A stretch of DNA of 64,000 nucleotides, taken from contig JACOTW010000002.1 of NCBI GenBank assembly GCA_016178135.1, positions 77,043 to 141,042 on the forward strand, read 5' to 3'. Source of the stretch: Candidatus Saccharimonadota bacterium. GTDB lineage: Bacteria > Patescibacteriota > Saccharimonadia > Saccharimonadales > JACOTW01. The stretch's first letter is position 1; each line of letters opens with the position of its first letter. Under the pieces are notes generated by a model that had not been told where the DNA came from, did not search any database, and worked only from the letters and a program-made list of their open reading frames with translations. The position numbers and the translations under genes are program-made. Below are positions 1 through 8,392 of the stretch, piece by piece.

Positions 1-5
1 TAGGG

Positions 6-1634
6 ATGGAGGAAGCTTTGCGTAAGTCCAATATAGAGATACCGTTTGTTAGTGAGCGCGGATGGCATTACCGTTTATTTGAGATATTACCGGGGGCTAT
101 TACGTGGTCCATACTAATTTTGCCATTTATACTAAGCATATTTAACCCTCGCTTAACGGTGTTTTTCATCATTGCCTATCTATTACTTTGGTTCGTAAAA
201 GCTGTGGGACTCAATATCAGAGCTCTACAGGGTTACCATACGCTGACAATTCACCAGAAACTGCCATGGACACAAATGCTTAATGAGCTTGAGTCTGGAC
301 AATCCAACCAGTCAGACAAACGCTTACCTAATTGGCACCATGCTAATATCCGACGCATGCAAGACAGTACTCCATTAGTTAGGGCTAGCGATGTGTTACA
401 CGCGATTTTTATTGCTACGTATAACGAAAGTCGTGAAGTTCTTGAGCCAACGATTAAATCCGTACTTGCTTCTGATTTTGATATGAAACGAGTGATATTG
501 ATTCTGGCTTACGAAGAAAGAGGCGGTGAAGCGATTGCACGACAAGCCGAAACGCTCATAAAAGACTACAAATCTCATTTTCGAGACGCGATAGCCATAG
601 GTCATCCAAAAGATCTACCAGGTGAGATAATTGGCAAGGGTGGCAATATCACTTTTGCTGGCCGATATCTGAAGACATACTTAAAACAAAAGAAAATCAG
701 ACCTGTAGATGTCGTAGTTACAACTCTAGATGCCGATAATCGCCCTCATCCCAAGTATTTAGCCGCCCTAACCTATACCTACGTTATTTGCCCAGACCCC
801 ATACATATCTCTTATCAGCCCATACCTATGTATACGAGTAATATTTGGGATGCACCTGCTCCTATGCGAGTTATTGCTACGGGTAATTCGTTCTGGAATA
901 TAGTGTTGGCTTTACGGCCCCATATTCTGCGTAACTTTTCGGCTCATGCCCAAAGTATGCAAACCATAATTGATACAGATTTTTGGAGTGTTCGAACTAT
1001 TGTTGAAGATGGGCATCAATTTTGGCGTACATATTTTCGCTATGAAGGTAATCATGAAGTTGTTCCTATCTATCTACCAATTTATCAGGATGCCGTATTG
1101 GCCAATGGTTACATCAGAACCCTCAAAGCACAATTTATACAGCTTAGACGTTGGGCGTGGGGTGCTTCAGATGTGGCATATGTTGCAGAGAAAGGATTTT
1201 TTACAAAGAATAAGGTTCCAAAAATCGATCTTATCTTTAAGTTTTTGCGTCTTTTGGAAGGACATGTAACCTGGGCAGTTGCACCCTTGATATTAGCTTT
1301 CGGCGCCTTTATTCCTGTCTGGTTTAATCCAAAAGATTATGCAGCGAACCAACTACCAATTATTGCCAGTCGTATTCAGACGGTAGCCATGATCGGCATA
1401 TTTGCTACGCTTTACATAAGCCTGAAAACCTTACCGCCTAAACCTAAAAGGTACAAGGCACATCGCAACATTCTAATGATGGCGCAGTGGGTTATGTTGC
1501 CCGTAACGACTATTCTTTATAATTCTTTTTCGGCTCTTTATTCCCAGACGCGATTGATGTTCGGTAAATATATTGGCAAATTTGATCTTACCGAGAAAGC
1601 GGTCATTACCGAAGACAAAAAAACTATTGTTTAG
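6..1634 (+). CDS. Family-2 glycosyltransferase, multi-pass membrane, processive (cellulose/chitin-synthase-like)
   Basis: 542-aa ORF with hydrophobic N- and C-terminal segments. It has a DxD-like 'TLDADNRP', 'EDGHQFWR' and the processive GT2 QxxRW motif as 'QLRRWAWG'. Confidence 0.75.
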   Translation: MEEALRKSNIEIPFVSERGWHYRLFEILPGAITWSILILPFILSIFNPRLTVFFIIAYLLLWFVKAVGLNIRALQGYHTLTIHQKLPWTQMLNELESGQSNQSDKRLPNWHHANIRRMQDSTPLVRASDVLHAIFIATYNESREVLEPTIKSVLASDFDMKRVILILAYEERGGEAIARQAETLIKDYKSHFRDAIAIGHPKDLPGEIIGKGGNITFAGRYLKTYLKQKKIRPVDVVVTTLDADNRPHPKYLAALTYTYVICPDPIHISYQPIPMYTSNIWDAPAPMRVIATGNSFWNIVLALRPHILRNFSAHAQSMQTIIDTDFWSVRTIVEDGHQFWRTYFRYEGNHEVVPIYLPIYQDAVLANGYIRTLKAQFIQLRRWAWGASDVAYVAEKGFFTKNKVPKIDLIFKFLRLLEGHVTWAVAPLILAFGAFIPVWFNPKDYAANQLPIIASRIQTVAMIGIFATLYISLKTLPPKPKRYKAHRNILMMAQWVMLPVTTILYNSFSALYSQTRLMFGKYIGKFDLTEKAVITEDKKTIV

Positions 1635-1637
1635 ATA

Positions 1638-1800
1638 TAGCCCCCGCAAAACAAATTCGGGGGTTTTGGAGCCGATGATCTTCGAGTCAAAAACTGGCTT
1701 TTCCGAGGGAAGCATATCATTAGATAAGGTGAGTGAGGAAAGACAGCTTTTGGCCGAAGAGGGCGGTTCAAAAAGCCGTGAATTTGTTTTGCGGGGGCTA
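1638..1800. mobile_element. MITE-like element, family B (alpha subtype), full copy B1
   Basis: Perfect ~21-bp terminal inverted repeats: TAGCCCCCGCAAAACAAATTC ... GAATTTGTTTTGCGGGGGCTA. TA lies on both flanks. It starts 3 nt after the GT2 stop codon. Near-identical copies sit at 24275 and 51038. Confidence 0.85.
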
Positions 1801-1860
1801 TATATACCGGACTGACGCAAAACTTCTTTATTCCCAGACGGAATAATCTCGTGTCTGTGC

Positions 1861-2268
1861 CTAATGCAGGGGATGATATGCAAGATAATGCACTTGGGCA
1901 ACACGATCAAACCTTTTGAGTACTTCCGATCCAGCCCGTACAAGATCCTCTCTTTTAAGGGTAGCATTTATAATATATGCAGGAAGAAGGCTCAAAATAG
2001 TGTCTGTGAGTGCCGTAGCGTCATTTACAGCGGTTTTACGATGTCTACAGCATTCATAGATATCTAGAAACAATTTTTCCTTTATAAAGGGCTTTATGTG
2101 CCCAGTTGAGTCTTGAATGATTATTGAACTACTTAGATCGAGCTGTTCTACAGATGTAAAAATACTTCTGCAGTCTAGGCATTGCCGTCGTCGCCATACA
2201 TGGTTTTGACGCTTCTGGGGTCGAGAATTAATAACACCGGTATTTCCATCGCAATATATACATACCAT
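1861..2268 (-). CDS. NrdR-like regulator paralog (zinc ribbon plus ATP-cone-like domain)
   Basis: 135 aa. The N-terminus 'MVCIYCDG..(18)..RRRQCLDCRSIFTSVE' parallels the canonical NrdR in this window (58993-59466, 'MKCSQCH...RRRECTSCHYRFTTYE'). Confidence 0.5.
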   Translation of the reverse strand: MVCIYCDGNTGVINSRPQKRQNHVWRRRQCLDCRSIFTSVEQLDLSSSIIIQDSTGHIKPFIKEKLFLDIYECCRHRKTAVNDATALTDTILSLLPAYIINATLKREDLVRAGSEVLKRFDRVAQVHYLAYHPLH

Positions 2269-2324
2269 GACAATATATTGACATACGGCAGTTAAAATTA
2301 CTAGTGGAAAACCTGTGGAATTAA

Positions 2325-2484
2325 ACTCGACTTACGCAAAATCGTCCATTCCCAGAGTGAATTATCTTGAGCGAAAACTGTTTTGTCTGAAGGAGAGGTA
2401 GCCGTAGCTACATCGAGAGAAGAAAAACTGTTTGTAGCCGATAGAATTCGATCTGGGGATGGAGGAGTTTTGCATAAGTCGAGT
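2325..2484. mobile_element. MITE-like palindromic element, family A, full copy A1
   Basis: 160 bp with termini ACTCGACTTACGCAAAA / TTTTGCATAAGTCGAGT, flanked by AA/AA. Alignable end to end with 15984-16144. Confidence 0.85.
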
Positions 2485-2740
2485 AAAAAGCTCCAGGATA
2501 TACTGGAGCTTTTCACTCGTCCGACACTTCTATTTAGTAGCGCTAGAACGAGTGCGTCGTATGCGACTGTTGTTTGCTCTTGGTTTCAACTCCTCATAAA
2601 AAAGCTGAAAACTCTCGAGCGAACTTTTGGTACTCAAATTATGAGCGCCTCCCATTTAACTAGGTAATGCTAACATAAGTAATCAATTACGTCAATACTT
2701 TGTGAAATCTGTACCGGGTACAGTGTACAATATAAAGCAA

Positions 2741-3850
2741 ATGCCAACAGATAAGAATAAGCAATATTTTAATTATGAAGTTATGCATGGTTATAACCGT
2801 CGAGGCGTGTTGCGTACTCGTGTTGGCGACGTTTTAACACCGACCTTTATGCCCGATGGGACAAAGGGGGCTATAAAAGGGCTTACCCCCAGGCAGGTGC
2901 GATCAACAGGGGTTGGGGTAGTACTAGCCAATACTTACCATCTTCATATGCAGCCTGGAGAAGAGATTATTGCCAGGCTTGGCGGTATTCATAATTTTAG
3001 TAAGCAGACCCTGCCTCTATTGACTGATTCAGGGGGTTTTCAGGTATTTTCTTTGGCTAATATTCGTAAGATTAGTGAAGATGGTGTAACTTTTAAAGAC
3101 CCAAAAACAGGGGATGTTAATTTTTTGTCTCCAGAGAAATCTATTCAGATACAATTAAAACTTGGAGCCGATATGATGGTGGCCTTTGATGATGTAGTAT
3201 CTCTTGATCATACAGGACGGGAACGTACCAAAGAGGCTTTTGAACGAACGCACCGATGGCTGGAACGTAGTCTCGGGGAGTTTCAGCGCCTAACAAAAAA
3301 TATGGACCAAGACAAGAGACCTTTGTTATTTGGTGTAGTACAAGGAGGGCTAGATAAAGAGTTAAGAAAACTTAGTCTGGAAACGGTACAGTCGTTACCA
3401 GTAGACGGCATTGCTATAGGTGGCTTATCTGTTGGTGAGACAAGACAGGAGCTATATGATATGCTCGATTATTTAGTTGATTTTTATGATAATTCTTTTC
3501 GTCCACGGTTTTTACTAGGAGTTGGTGATCCGGTTGATCTGCGTTTTGCTATTGAACACGGCATAGATATGTTGGATTGTGTTTTGCCAACTCGTAACGC
3601 TCGCCATGGCATGGCTTGGATAAGTGGTGATAAAAAGATTCAATTAACTAATGCCAAATTTGCCACAGACACTGATCCTATTGATTTCAGTTGTGATTGT
3701 ACGACATGCGTACAGGGCTTTAGCCGTGGGTTCCTAAGGCATCAGTTTAAAGTTGGAGAACCTCTGGCTGGTACGCTAACTAGCATTCACAATATCCGGT
3801 ACCTACAGAGGATTTGTGAGGAGTATAGGGATAAGACTAAATTTTCATAA
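2741..3850 (+). CDS. tgt: Queuine tRNA-ribosyltransferase (tRNA-guanine transglycosylase)
   Basis: Tgt hallmarks: 'TPTFMPDGT', 'LTDSGGFQVFSL', 'VQGG', 'GIAIGGLSVGE' and a C-terminal CxCxxC zinc site 'CDCTTC'. ATG at 2741 is preferred over the GTG at 2702. Confidence 0.9.
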   Translation: MPTDKNKQYFNYEVMHGYNRRGVLRTRVGDVLTPTFMPDGTKGAIKGLTPRQVRSTGVGVVLANTYHLHMQPGEEIIARLGGIHNFSKQTLPLLTDSGGFQVFSLANIRKISEDGVTFKDPKTGDVNFLSPEKSIQIQLKLGADMMVAFDDVVSLDHTGRERTKEAFERTHRWLERSLGEFQRLTKNMDQDKRPLLFGVVQGGLDKELRKLSLETVQSLPVDGIAIGGLSVGETRQELYDMLDYLVDFYDNSFRPRFLLGVGDPVDLRFAIEHGIDMLDCVLPTRNARHGMAWISGDKKIQLTNAKFATDTDPIDFSCDCTTCVQGFSRGFLRHQFKVGEPLAGTLTSIHNIRYLQRICEEYRDKTKFS

Positions 3851-3954
3851 AACGCGTGAATGTTTCAGCAAATCTTGGTGGAGCTATACAACACAGCTCG
3901 AACCCATTTTCTCACAAAAAGCTGAGATAGCGAGAGCTAAATGGCGAATGGAAG

Positions 3955-4154
3955 CCCGACTGCGACCCCACGCCAAGTGAAATACTACCAAGCCCCACCG
4001 TTTGCCAGCCGAAGGCTGACCGCCCCAGCAGCCCTGGCCTTTGATTTTTTGGATTTACCCCCGCCAATTCCGAATTTTTTATATGGAAAAGTCCAGGTCT
4101 GCTGGTGCGCTGCCCGAGACGGGCAGAAACGGCGTGGCTTTTGCTGGCGGTAGC
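3955..4154. repeat. GC-rich repeat, family E, copy E1
   Basis: Shares 'GGCCTTTGATT..TTTTTGATTTCCCCGCC' and the terminus GCTACCGCCAGCA(R)AAGCC with 6200-6345. The ends are inverted: 4131-4154 is the reverse complement of the 6200 start. The 70-aa ORF 3941-4153 is read-through of this repeat. Confidence 0.6.
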
Positions 4155-4179
4155 CCCAAGAGCCTATATACTTATATGT

Positions 4180-4908
4180 ATGGCTATGTATATTGATGAG
4201 GGTTTTTGGCGAAAGGCGTTAGGCAAGCCAGATTGGTATTTGCTTTTATCTGACGATTTTAAGCGACTTGAAAAACTTGCTGAAGCAGAAAAAGACCCGA
4301 CTGTCCGCAAACGAATAAAAAGTGAGGCGTACGAAATGGTGGAAAGTGCAGTACGAGAAGAACGACTTCCTGTAGCAAAGTCCGGGGATAATTTTGATAA
4401 GGAACGTAAGCCTATCGATACAATCATTATCCATCACACAAAAAATCAACCAGGAATGACGCTTGAGCGACTTAACGCTATGCACTTACTACGAATATAT
4501 GGGATGTATTTTGCCAGTCCTACTGCTTCGAACGAACAGCACCTTAAGGGTCAACCAGTTTGGTCGGGGCATTTTTATAACGGTCAGCAAGTATTCTGGG
4601 GCTACCATTGGTTAGTAAGAGAAGATGGGACTACAGTGCAAATACTCAAAGATAAGTATGTTGGCTGGCATGCTGGTAACTGGGATATTAACACGCGTAG
4701 TATTGGTATTTGTATTGACAATGATCTCAGCGAAACAGAACCACGTGATAGTGTTATCAACGCAGTAGCTGAGATTATTCGTAAGCATTATCCAAAAATG
4801 CCCCCAAATCGAGTGCTTGGACACAAAGATGTCAATGATAAAACCGAATGCCCAGGCTCTTTATTTTCAAATGTTTGGAAACAAAAACTACTAGAACAGA
4901 TAACGTAA
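4180..4908 (+). CDS. N-acetylmuramoyl-L-alanine amidase (Amidase_2 / PGRP fold)
   Basis: 'IIIHHTKN', 'GWHAGNWDINTRSIGICID' and 'VLGHKDVNDKTECPG' match type-2 amidase zinc and substrate motifs. The ATG at 4180 lies 7 nt after TATACT. Confidence 0.8.
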   Translation: MAMYIDEGFWRKALGKPDWYLLLSDDFKRLEKLAEAEKDPTVRKRIKSEAYEMVESAVREERLPVAKSGDNFDKERKPIDTIIIHHTKNQPGMTLERLNAMHLLRIYGMYFASPTASNEQHLKGQPVWSGHFYNGQQVFWGYHWLVREDGTTVQILKDKYVGWHAGNWDINTRSIGICIDNDLSETEPRDSVINAVAEIIRKHYPKMPPNRVLGHKDVNDKTECPGSLFSNVWKQKLLEQIT

Positions 4909-4962
4909 ACATTTGCTATTTTATTGTAAATTATGCTATAATACACTAGATAGGAGGCACTT

Positions 4963-5589
4963 ATGGCAGAGGTTAAGTTATATCGTCCTGAAGAATTAGA
5001 GCATGATGAATGGAGACAACTTCAATCTATTGAGAGAGATGCTTTTGTAAGTACATTGGATAGAACTCAGGCTGAAATTGATGCATTAATTGAATGGGAT
5101 GACCCTGCCCACTTCACGGCTTCGCATGTTGACCCGAATACTGAAGTCGGTAAGCGCTATAACGCTAATCAGTCATATTCTCATTCACGAGTTGCAGTTG
5201 CTACAAAAAATCGCGAACCAATCGGGTTTGCCTACAGTGCTCATAATGTGTCCGGTGGCTCCGAACAGAATCGTTTAGTAAAAAGACTGACTGTTGTCAA
5301 AAATTACCTGTGGCTACGTGAAGTTGCTGTGAAACCAGAGCACCAAAGACAAGGTTTGGCTAGAGAACTTGGTAGGACACTGTTAAAAGATGCTATTGGA
5401 TTGCAGCCAGTAGCTGCCTATGTTTGGCCTGACGAAGACCCTGATTTTCTGCAAGGTACGCTAGAAAGACTTGGTTTTTCGCCGACTGGTGAGCAGCAGG
5501 TCAAAGTATTTGGCGAAAATAGTGAACCAATTAGACAGGTACGAATGCAAGCACCATCAGCTCGTGCTGTCTTAAGGAATTTAGGTTAA
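4963..5589 (+). CDS. GNAT-family N-acetyltransferase
   Basis: Acetyl-CoA binding motif A 'REVAVKPEHQRQGLARELGRTLL'. A strong SD (TAGGAGG) lies upstream of the ATG. Confidence 0.7.
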   Translation: MAEVKLYRPEELEHDEWRQLQSIERDAFVSTLDRTQAEIDALIEWDDPAHFTASHVDPNTEVGKRYNANQSYSHSRVAVATKNREPIGFAYSAHNVSGGSEQNRLVKRLTVVKNYLWLREVAVKPEHQRQGLARELGRTLLKDAIGLQPVAAYVWPDEDPDFLQGTLERLGFSPTGEQQVKVFGENSEPIRQVRMQAPSARAVLRNLG

Positions 5590-5608
5590 TAATTACAAGG
5601 CAATAGCT

Positions 5609-6199
5609 ATGGAACGAGGCGAGATATTAAATAAAGTACAGAGGCTTCCGTTAAATATCGTACGTGGCGTTCAAGAGGCGTTACAACGTCGCGTGGATCG
5701 CAAGTACGGCACTTTAGCCGAAAGACAAGCTACTTATTCGCACTTGTACAAGCGGTGTGAGGAACTTTTTACTGTTCATGCGGCTAAAGTAGGTACTCTG
5801 CAGGGTTATGCTAACCAAGGAGCCTACCAAAGACTTATACTTGATGGTATGCCTGGGGTGCATGAACTTATAATTGACAGGGATATAGGCGGCAACGATG
5901 AATTCCATTTGGTTGGTATGAATACGACAATGGGTTCATTTGAAAATCCGGTCATTTATGACCGCCAAATTCTGACAGTTACTCCGGAAACCGGCATTTT
6001 TCAGACGTCACATAGCGAAACACACTATCCGCCAAACTTTAATCCCCTTGATAACGTGCCCTACTACAAAGATACTGAGACCAAAGTACGACCATTAGCC
6101 GCTCCTGTTGCCCAAAGATGGGCAGAACAGATTAACCCTAATTTATCCCCAATTGATAATCACATTTTGATGAGCAGTGCTACTTTTGAAAACCAATAA
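5609..6199 (+). CDS. Hypothetical protein
   Basis: 196-aa ORF in an operon-like position after the GNAT gene. I recognise no motif. Confidence 0.45.
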   Translation: MERGEILNKVQRLPLNIVRGVQEALQRRVDRKYGTLAERQATYSHLYKRCEELFTVHAAKVGTLQGYANQGAYQRLILDGMPGVHELIIDRDIGGNDEFHLVGMNTTMGSFENPVIYDRQILTVTPETGIFQTSHSETHYPPNFNPLDNVPYYKDTETKVRPLAAPVAQRWAEQINPNLSPIDNHILMSSATFENQ

Positions 6200-6345
6200 G
6201 CTACCGCCAGCAGAAGCCCCGCCGCCTGTTCCAGCAAAGCTGTAATGCGCCCCGCCAGAAAAAACCGGCCTTTGATTCATTTTTTGATTTCCCCGCCGAG
6301 ATTTTTTAAAACAATATGGAAGAGGTCGGATTTTTCTGTCAGTTC
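6200..6345. repeat. GC-rich repeat, family E, copy E2 (truncated)
   Basis: Starts GCTACCGCCAGCAGAAGCCCCGCCGCCTGTTCCAGCAAAGCTGTAA. It shares blocks with 3955-4154 and, inverted, with 7556-7640. Confidence 0.6.
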
Positions 6346-6349
6346 GCCC

Positions 6350-6967
6350 CTAGCTTGTGAGTATTTTGACGGCTTCGCCAATGCTTTGTTGGAAATTGTC
6401 TCCAATAGTTATGACAGGCAAATTGTATTTCTTCGCCTCATCAAAGTAATATTTGTTCAATTCGAGATTAAAGATACAGAAAGCTCGGATGATTTCATCA
6501 TCATATTTGTGCAACCAGTCGAAAGTATTTTCATGCGCATGGCGCAATATTGTCTCGGTTTGGTCATGCAGATTAGCAATAAACACGACCTTGTACTCAA
6601 ACGGCAGTTCAGCAGTAAAGTTGTGTGGCAGAACCGCGACACCCTCTATTCCAATATCCTGACCATCCTCGACGTTAGATTTTGCGAAATCGAGCACCGA
6701 TTTCCATACAACTTCTGACTCACGATTTTGGTGGTCTACGACAACCGCTGGCTTATTTTGCATGTTTGTTACATTTTCCGGGGAATCAAACTTGCCCCTG
6801 GCAATTTTGAATAGGTCTTGATTACCATCAGCCTCTAGTACGCCACGTATGGTGTAACGTATCGCATCCGAAGAAGCAGCCAGGACAGACCTTTGTTTTA
6901 CAAATTCCTTGAGTGCAGTTGTCTTTCCTGCTCTCGGCGCACCGCCTATAAAATATGCTTTGGTCAT
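6350..6967 (-). CDS. P-loop NTPase / small-molecule kinase-like protein
   Basis: Walker A 'GGAPRAGKTT' at the N-terminus of a 205-aa protein. The family is not resolved. Confidence 0.55.
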   Translation of the reverse strand: MTKAYFIGGAPRAGKTTALKEFVKQRSVLAASSDAIRYTIRGVLEADGNQDLFKIARGKFDSPENVTNMQNKPAVVVDHQNRESEVVWKSVLDFAKSNVEDGQDIGIEGVAVLPHNFTAELPFEYKVVFIANLHDQTETILRHAHENTFDWLHKYDDEIIRAFCIFNLELNKYYFDEAKKYNLPVITIGDNFQQSIGEAVKILTS

Positions 6968-6971
6968 ATTT

Positions 6972-7526
6972 TTAGTTTATACTTTCTGGATCAATCATAA
7001 GTTCAAGTTTCATATTTTGGAACAGCAGGTCTCCGTCACTGTATGGTTCGCCTAAGTTTTCGAAACCCAACTTTGATAACAGATGTTCAGAGCCTATATT
7101 AGTGGTGATATACCGTGAGTACACGGTTTTCTCGCCACCATCCTTTAGATAATCTATAACTGAACTAACTGAAGCGAGTCCTACGCCTTTTCCGCGCATA
7201 TCCGGATCGCCAATCATTACGTGGACTGATGGACTTGCTAGAAAATCGCTAGCTTCTAAATCCACCCAGACGGAGCCTACAACTTTACCCCGGTATTCAA
7301 TCATCCAATTCAACTGGTCTTGTCTGGTTAAGAAATCGTTTACTCGTTCTTTTTCTTCATCGAGCGTTGTTGGTTTGTTATGCTCATCGGCTACGCCCAT
7401 AAGTTGTAGTGTGGCGCGTCCCATATCGCCCTCAAGCCATTTGACACCATTTAACGCATCACGTTCAATGTCAGGTTCAACGAGTTTCAAATCAGGATTG
7501 TTTGTTTCGAGCGTAACTATTTTCAT
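6972..7526 (-). CDS. GNAT-family N-acetyltransferase
   Basis: 'GDPDMRGKGVGLASVSSVIDYL' is a GNAT motif A. The ORF track starts at 7553, but that ATG lies in a hairpin of repeat E3. The ATG at 7526 sits 9 nt after TATAAT. Confidence 0.6.
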   Translation of the reverse strand: MKIVTLETNNPDLKLVEPDIERDALNGVKWLEGDMGRATLQLMGVADEHNKPTTLDEEKERVNDFLTRQDQLNWMIEYRGKVVGSVWVDLEASDFLASPSVHVMIGDPDMRGKGVGLASVSSVIDYLKDGGEKTVYSRYITTNIGSEHLLSKLGFENLGEPYSDGDLLFQNMKLELMIDPESIN

Positions 7527-7555
7527 ATGGGAGTTATTATAACAGGTTTCCAACC

Positions 7556-7640
7556 TGTTATTCCTTGTTCTGCGAAGCCTCGGGGCACGTTACAGCTTTG
7601 CTGGAACAGGCGGTGGGGCTTGTGCTTTTCAGCAGTTTTT
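7556..7640. repeat. GC-rich repeat, family E, copy E3 (partial, inverted)
   Basis: Its reverse complement reads AAGCCCCACCGCCTGTTCCAGCAAAGCTGTAACGTGCCCCG, matching 6214-6255. Confidence 0.6.
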
Positions 7641-7643
7641 TCT

Positions 7644-7720
7644 TGGTGGGCGATGCAGGATTTGAACCTGCCACCTCCGCAACGTCAATGCGGCGCTCTA
7701 GCCAAATGAGCTAATCGCCC
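7644..7720 (-). tRNA. tRNA-Val (anticodon GAC)
   Basis: The reverse complement folds as a cloverleaf: GGGCGAT TA GCTC ATTTGGCT AGAGC G CCGCA TTGACGT TGCGG AGGTG GCAGG TTCAAAT CCTGC ATCGCCC ACCA. CCA is encoded. Confidence 0.9.
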
Positions 7721-7727
7721 CAGATAG

Positions 7728-7931
7728 ACTGGATCTGTTGCAAAACTCCTCCATCCCCAGATCGAATTCTATCGGCTACTCTTCGAGTCTGAGCCTGAGG
7801 GCTCACCTCAGAGTCGAAAACAAACAGTTTTTCTTCTTTCGATGTAGCTAAGGCTACCTCTCCTTCAGACAAAACAGTTTTCGCTCGAGATAATTCACTC
7901 TGGGAACGGACGATTTTGCGACAGGTCCAGT
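7728..7931. mobile_element. Family A element A2 carrying a nested ~42-bp palindrome
   Basis: A-type termini with AG/AG flanks. The extra segment TCTTCGAGTCTGAGCCTGAGGGCTCACCTCAGAGTCGAAAA (~7789-7830) is absent from other copies and is itself a hairpin. Confidence 0.8.
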
Positions 7932-8129
7932 AGAACAGACACAAGCATACCGAAAAACTAGGTAAAAGTAAATTGACACCAACATGTCCACAGGAACAAT
8001 GTAAGGATAACAATAATAAAGTACTGGTAACATAATGCTAGTATGATATTCTGTATGTCTACGGTACCACATGGAGATGGGGTACGTAGACGTAGGTGCA
8101 GTTCTCGGAGAGGTTTTACGGGGTGAGCA

Positions 8130-8168
8130 GGGTCAAATGTATTTGCGAGAACATTTGACCCTTTTTTA
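8130..8168 (+). terminator. Rho-independent terminator-like hairpin
   Basis: GGGTCAAATGT-(10 nt)-ACATTTGACCC followed by TTTTTT. Confidence 0.6.
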
Positions 8169-8392
8169 TTTGTTATACAGGGGTGTATAATCTTTTATGA
8201 ACTATTAAGTAGTCTAACCAGCTATGGAGTTCCGTGGGAATGCCGAAAACGTGCGATAACGTGGTGGTAAGAGTGAAAGATTTCGGTGGAACAGCCTAAT
8301 TTTGCGACATCGTAATATTGGGCCCGGAACGCGCTATCAATACCGGTGTATTAATGTGTGTTTTTTATTTAAAATAATTTCGAGGGATTAGT

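Noticed and set aside
1473-1967. ORFs of 60-165 aa on both strands across repeat copies: 1473-1967, 1573-1815, 2301-2516, 2383-2667, 7711-8013, 10221-10541, 16515-16727, 23453-23653, 24230-24482, 37523-37896, 48469-48846, 50958-51269 and 54032-54235.
   Set aside because: They are translations of the MITE-like repeats, which are stop-free in several frames. The same peptide strings recur wherever the repeat occurs. They overlap each other on both strands and lack start signals.
3941-4153. 70-aa ORF upstream of the amidase, and the 4105 start that would extend the amidase.
   Set aside because: The sequence is the GC-rich family E repeat, with homologous copies at 6200 and 7556 in non-coding contexts. 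The amidase has a better start at 4180 behind a -10 box.
6245-6718. 157-aa plus-strand ORF overlapping the P-loop kinase gene.
   Set aside because: It starts in repeat E2 and runs antisense to the 6350-6967 ORF, which has a Walker A motif. It has no motifs of its own.
8176-8392. T-box riboswitch upstream of thrS.
   Set aside because: Only a weak resemblance to the T-box sequence (GGTGGAACAGCC) was found. There is no convincing antiterminator/terminator alternative, specifier loop or AGAGA/GNUGNA elements. A GGTACC-containing match at ~8065 is on the wrong strand.
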